Below are positions 6,812 through 7,908 of a stretch of DNA of 7,908 nt, in pieces. The stretch comes from a virus. Its lineage: Duplodnaviria > Heunggongvirae > Uroviricota > Caudoviricetes. The DNA is taken from the IMG/VR virus record IMGVR_UViG_2563366990_000018; one strand, written 5' to 3'. How positions within the stretch are numbered: the stretch's first letter is position 1; every line of letters starts with the position of its first letter. The notes under the pieces were generated by a model. The model did no database searches. It saw nothing but the letters and a program-made list of their open reading frames with translations, and was not told the DNA's origin. The position numbers were made by a program, and so were the translations under genes.

Positions 6812-7492
6812 TTATCCCCGCCCGATAACCACCACTTTCCCGTCTCCGCCCTCATCACGGGTGCTGATGTCCTGGGATATCCGTCGTGAACCAACCAGCA
6901 TTTCACCATAAGGCACCGGCATAGGGTTACCCTGGGCAATCATGTTGTCCAGTGACGAAAAATACGTGTTCTGTTTACCGTTATCCGTACTTTTGTACTC
7001 CGGCGTCTTTGCCTTCGGGGCCAGCATCTGGGCCACACCACCCAGTATCATGCTGACACCCAGTGAGAACAGCATCGTGGTGGCAGTCAGCCCTCCGGCA
7101 CTCAGGGCTGCGCCCCACAACGCCATCGTTGCGCCGCCGGTGAAGAAAGAGCCCACGATGGCTGCTACCCCCAGCACCACCTGAAAAACACCATTTCCCC
7201 CGGCTCCGGCCAGTCGCGGTACAATGTGGATGACCGCTCCCTCACCCAGTTGTTCGTGAAGACGGGCGTACACTGCCTCCGGTGCGGTATCCTCACCGGC
7301 AATACGTATCTGGTACCAGCCTTCGTTCATCTGACCGCGGAATCCCGGCACCTGCAGCGACAGGGCACGGATGGCCTCCGCTGCCGTGTTCACATACAGG
7401 CTGATGCGGCGACCAAATCGTTGTAAATCCCCGTGAAGGCAGATGCGGACCAGTGGCGGTGACGCCAGACAGAATGCGTTCGTCGTTGCCAT
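6812..7492 (-). CDS. I: Tail assembly protein I, 226 aa
   Basis: Strong similarity to lambda gpI as I recall it (ARICLYGDLQRFGRRI..., GAVIHIVPR, KQNTYFSSLDNM). Its 5' end overlaps the 3' end of K by 103 nt, as in lambda. Confidence 0.9.
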   Translation of the reverse strand: MATTNAFCLASPPLVRICLHGDLQRFGRRISLYVNTAAEAIRALSLQVPGFRGQMNEGWYQIRIAGEDTAPEAVYARLHEQLGEGAVIHIVPRLAGAGGNGVFQVVLGVAAIVGSFFTGGATMALWGAALSAGGLTATTMLFSLGVSMILGGVAQMLAPKAKTPEYKSTDNGKQNTYFSSLDNMIAQGNPMPVPYGEMLVGSRRISQDISTRDEGGDGKVVVIGRG

Positions 7493-7908
7493 TTTTCAGA
7501 ATACCTCTCCCGTTTACTCAGTTGTTCAGGTATATGGTGAAGCAGTTCACCGTTGCCACAGTAAATGGCGGCATGATTCGGCACCGATGAACCAAAGCAG
7601 CACAGCAGGATATCGCCTGCCTGTGCACAGGACGGAGACACCCGGTAAAAGCCGTTTTCCGCCAGGTTGTCCAGGTACAGGTTCTGACCGTTGCGCCACC
7701 AGTCATCCTCACGCACAAAATCCGGCAGCGTTATCCCCGCCAGATGGTATGCATCCCGGAACAGGGTGTAACAGTCCGTCACACCGTGTTCAAAGCGCCG
7801 TCCGGTCAGGTGCGGCACACAGCGGAACCGGTGAATTTCACCCCGGCAGACCAGCCACCAGGGCAGGGCACTCTTTATCTGCAGCCGCCGGTCCGCCTCG
7901 CTCAGCCA
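7390..7908 (-). CDS. K: Tail assembly protein K, C-terminal NlpC/P60-like part; 5' end lies beyond the window
   Basis: The reading frame is open to the window edge: hand translation of 7819-7908 gives WLSEADRRLQIKSALPWWLVCRGEIHRFRC, so the GTG at 7816-7818 used by the ORF track is internal. Matches lambda gpK as I recall it (RRFEHGVTDCYTLFRDAYH ... NHAAIYCG). Confidence 0.9.
   Translation of the reverse strand, partial: WLSEADRRLQIKSALPWWLVCRGEIHRFRCVPHLTGRRFEHGVTDCYTLFRDAYHLAGITLPDFVREDDWWRNGQNLYLDNLAENGFYRVSPSCAQAGDILLCCFGSSVPNHAAIYCGNGELLHHIPEQLSKRERYSEKWQRRTHSVWRHRHWSASAFTGIYNDLVAASACM

Noticed and set aside
6754-6939. 61-aa minus-strand ORF overlapping the 3' end of gene I
   Set aside because: Out of frame with I, runs through the T-tract of the plus-strand terminator, lysine-rich low-complexity product.
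1-7908. tRNA, rRNA, CRISPR array, IS element, integrase or att site
   Set aside because: No cloverleaf-like sequence, no spacer-repeat array, no terminal inverted repeats flanking a transposase; the window is internal to the tail operon.

Overview
This window is the distal tail / host-range module of a lambda-like (lambdoid) prophage, with every gene on the minus strand in lambda order: K (5' end beyond the window edge), I, J, side tail fibre (stf, collagen-like) and tail fibre assembly (tfa). These calls rest on reading the translated ORFs against remembered lambda proteins; no database search was possible. Two regions depart from the lambda template. First, the position where lambda carries lom (between J and stf, 2442-2921) holds a compact cassette with the architecture of a hok/mok-type type I toxin locus: a 46-aa hydrophobic Hok-like ORF, an overlapping 69-codon frame, promoter-like hexamers, complementary 5' and 3' ends, and an intrinsic terminator abutting the stf ribosome-binding site. 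Second, the I-J spacer is about 420 bp (roughly 60 bp in lambda as I recall) and has no credible ORF; it carries two copies of a 37-bp box 179 bp apart, each followed on the + strand by a stem-loop with a T-tract, and a minus-strand terminator-like hairpin about 50 nt upstream of J. I saw no tRNA, rRNA, CRISPR array, IS element, integrase or att site.
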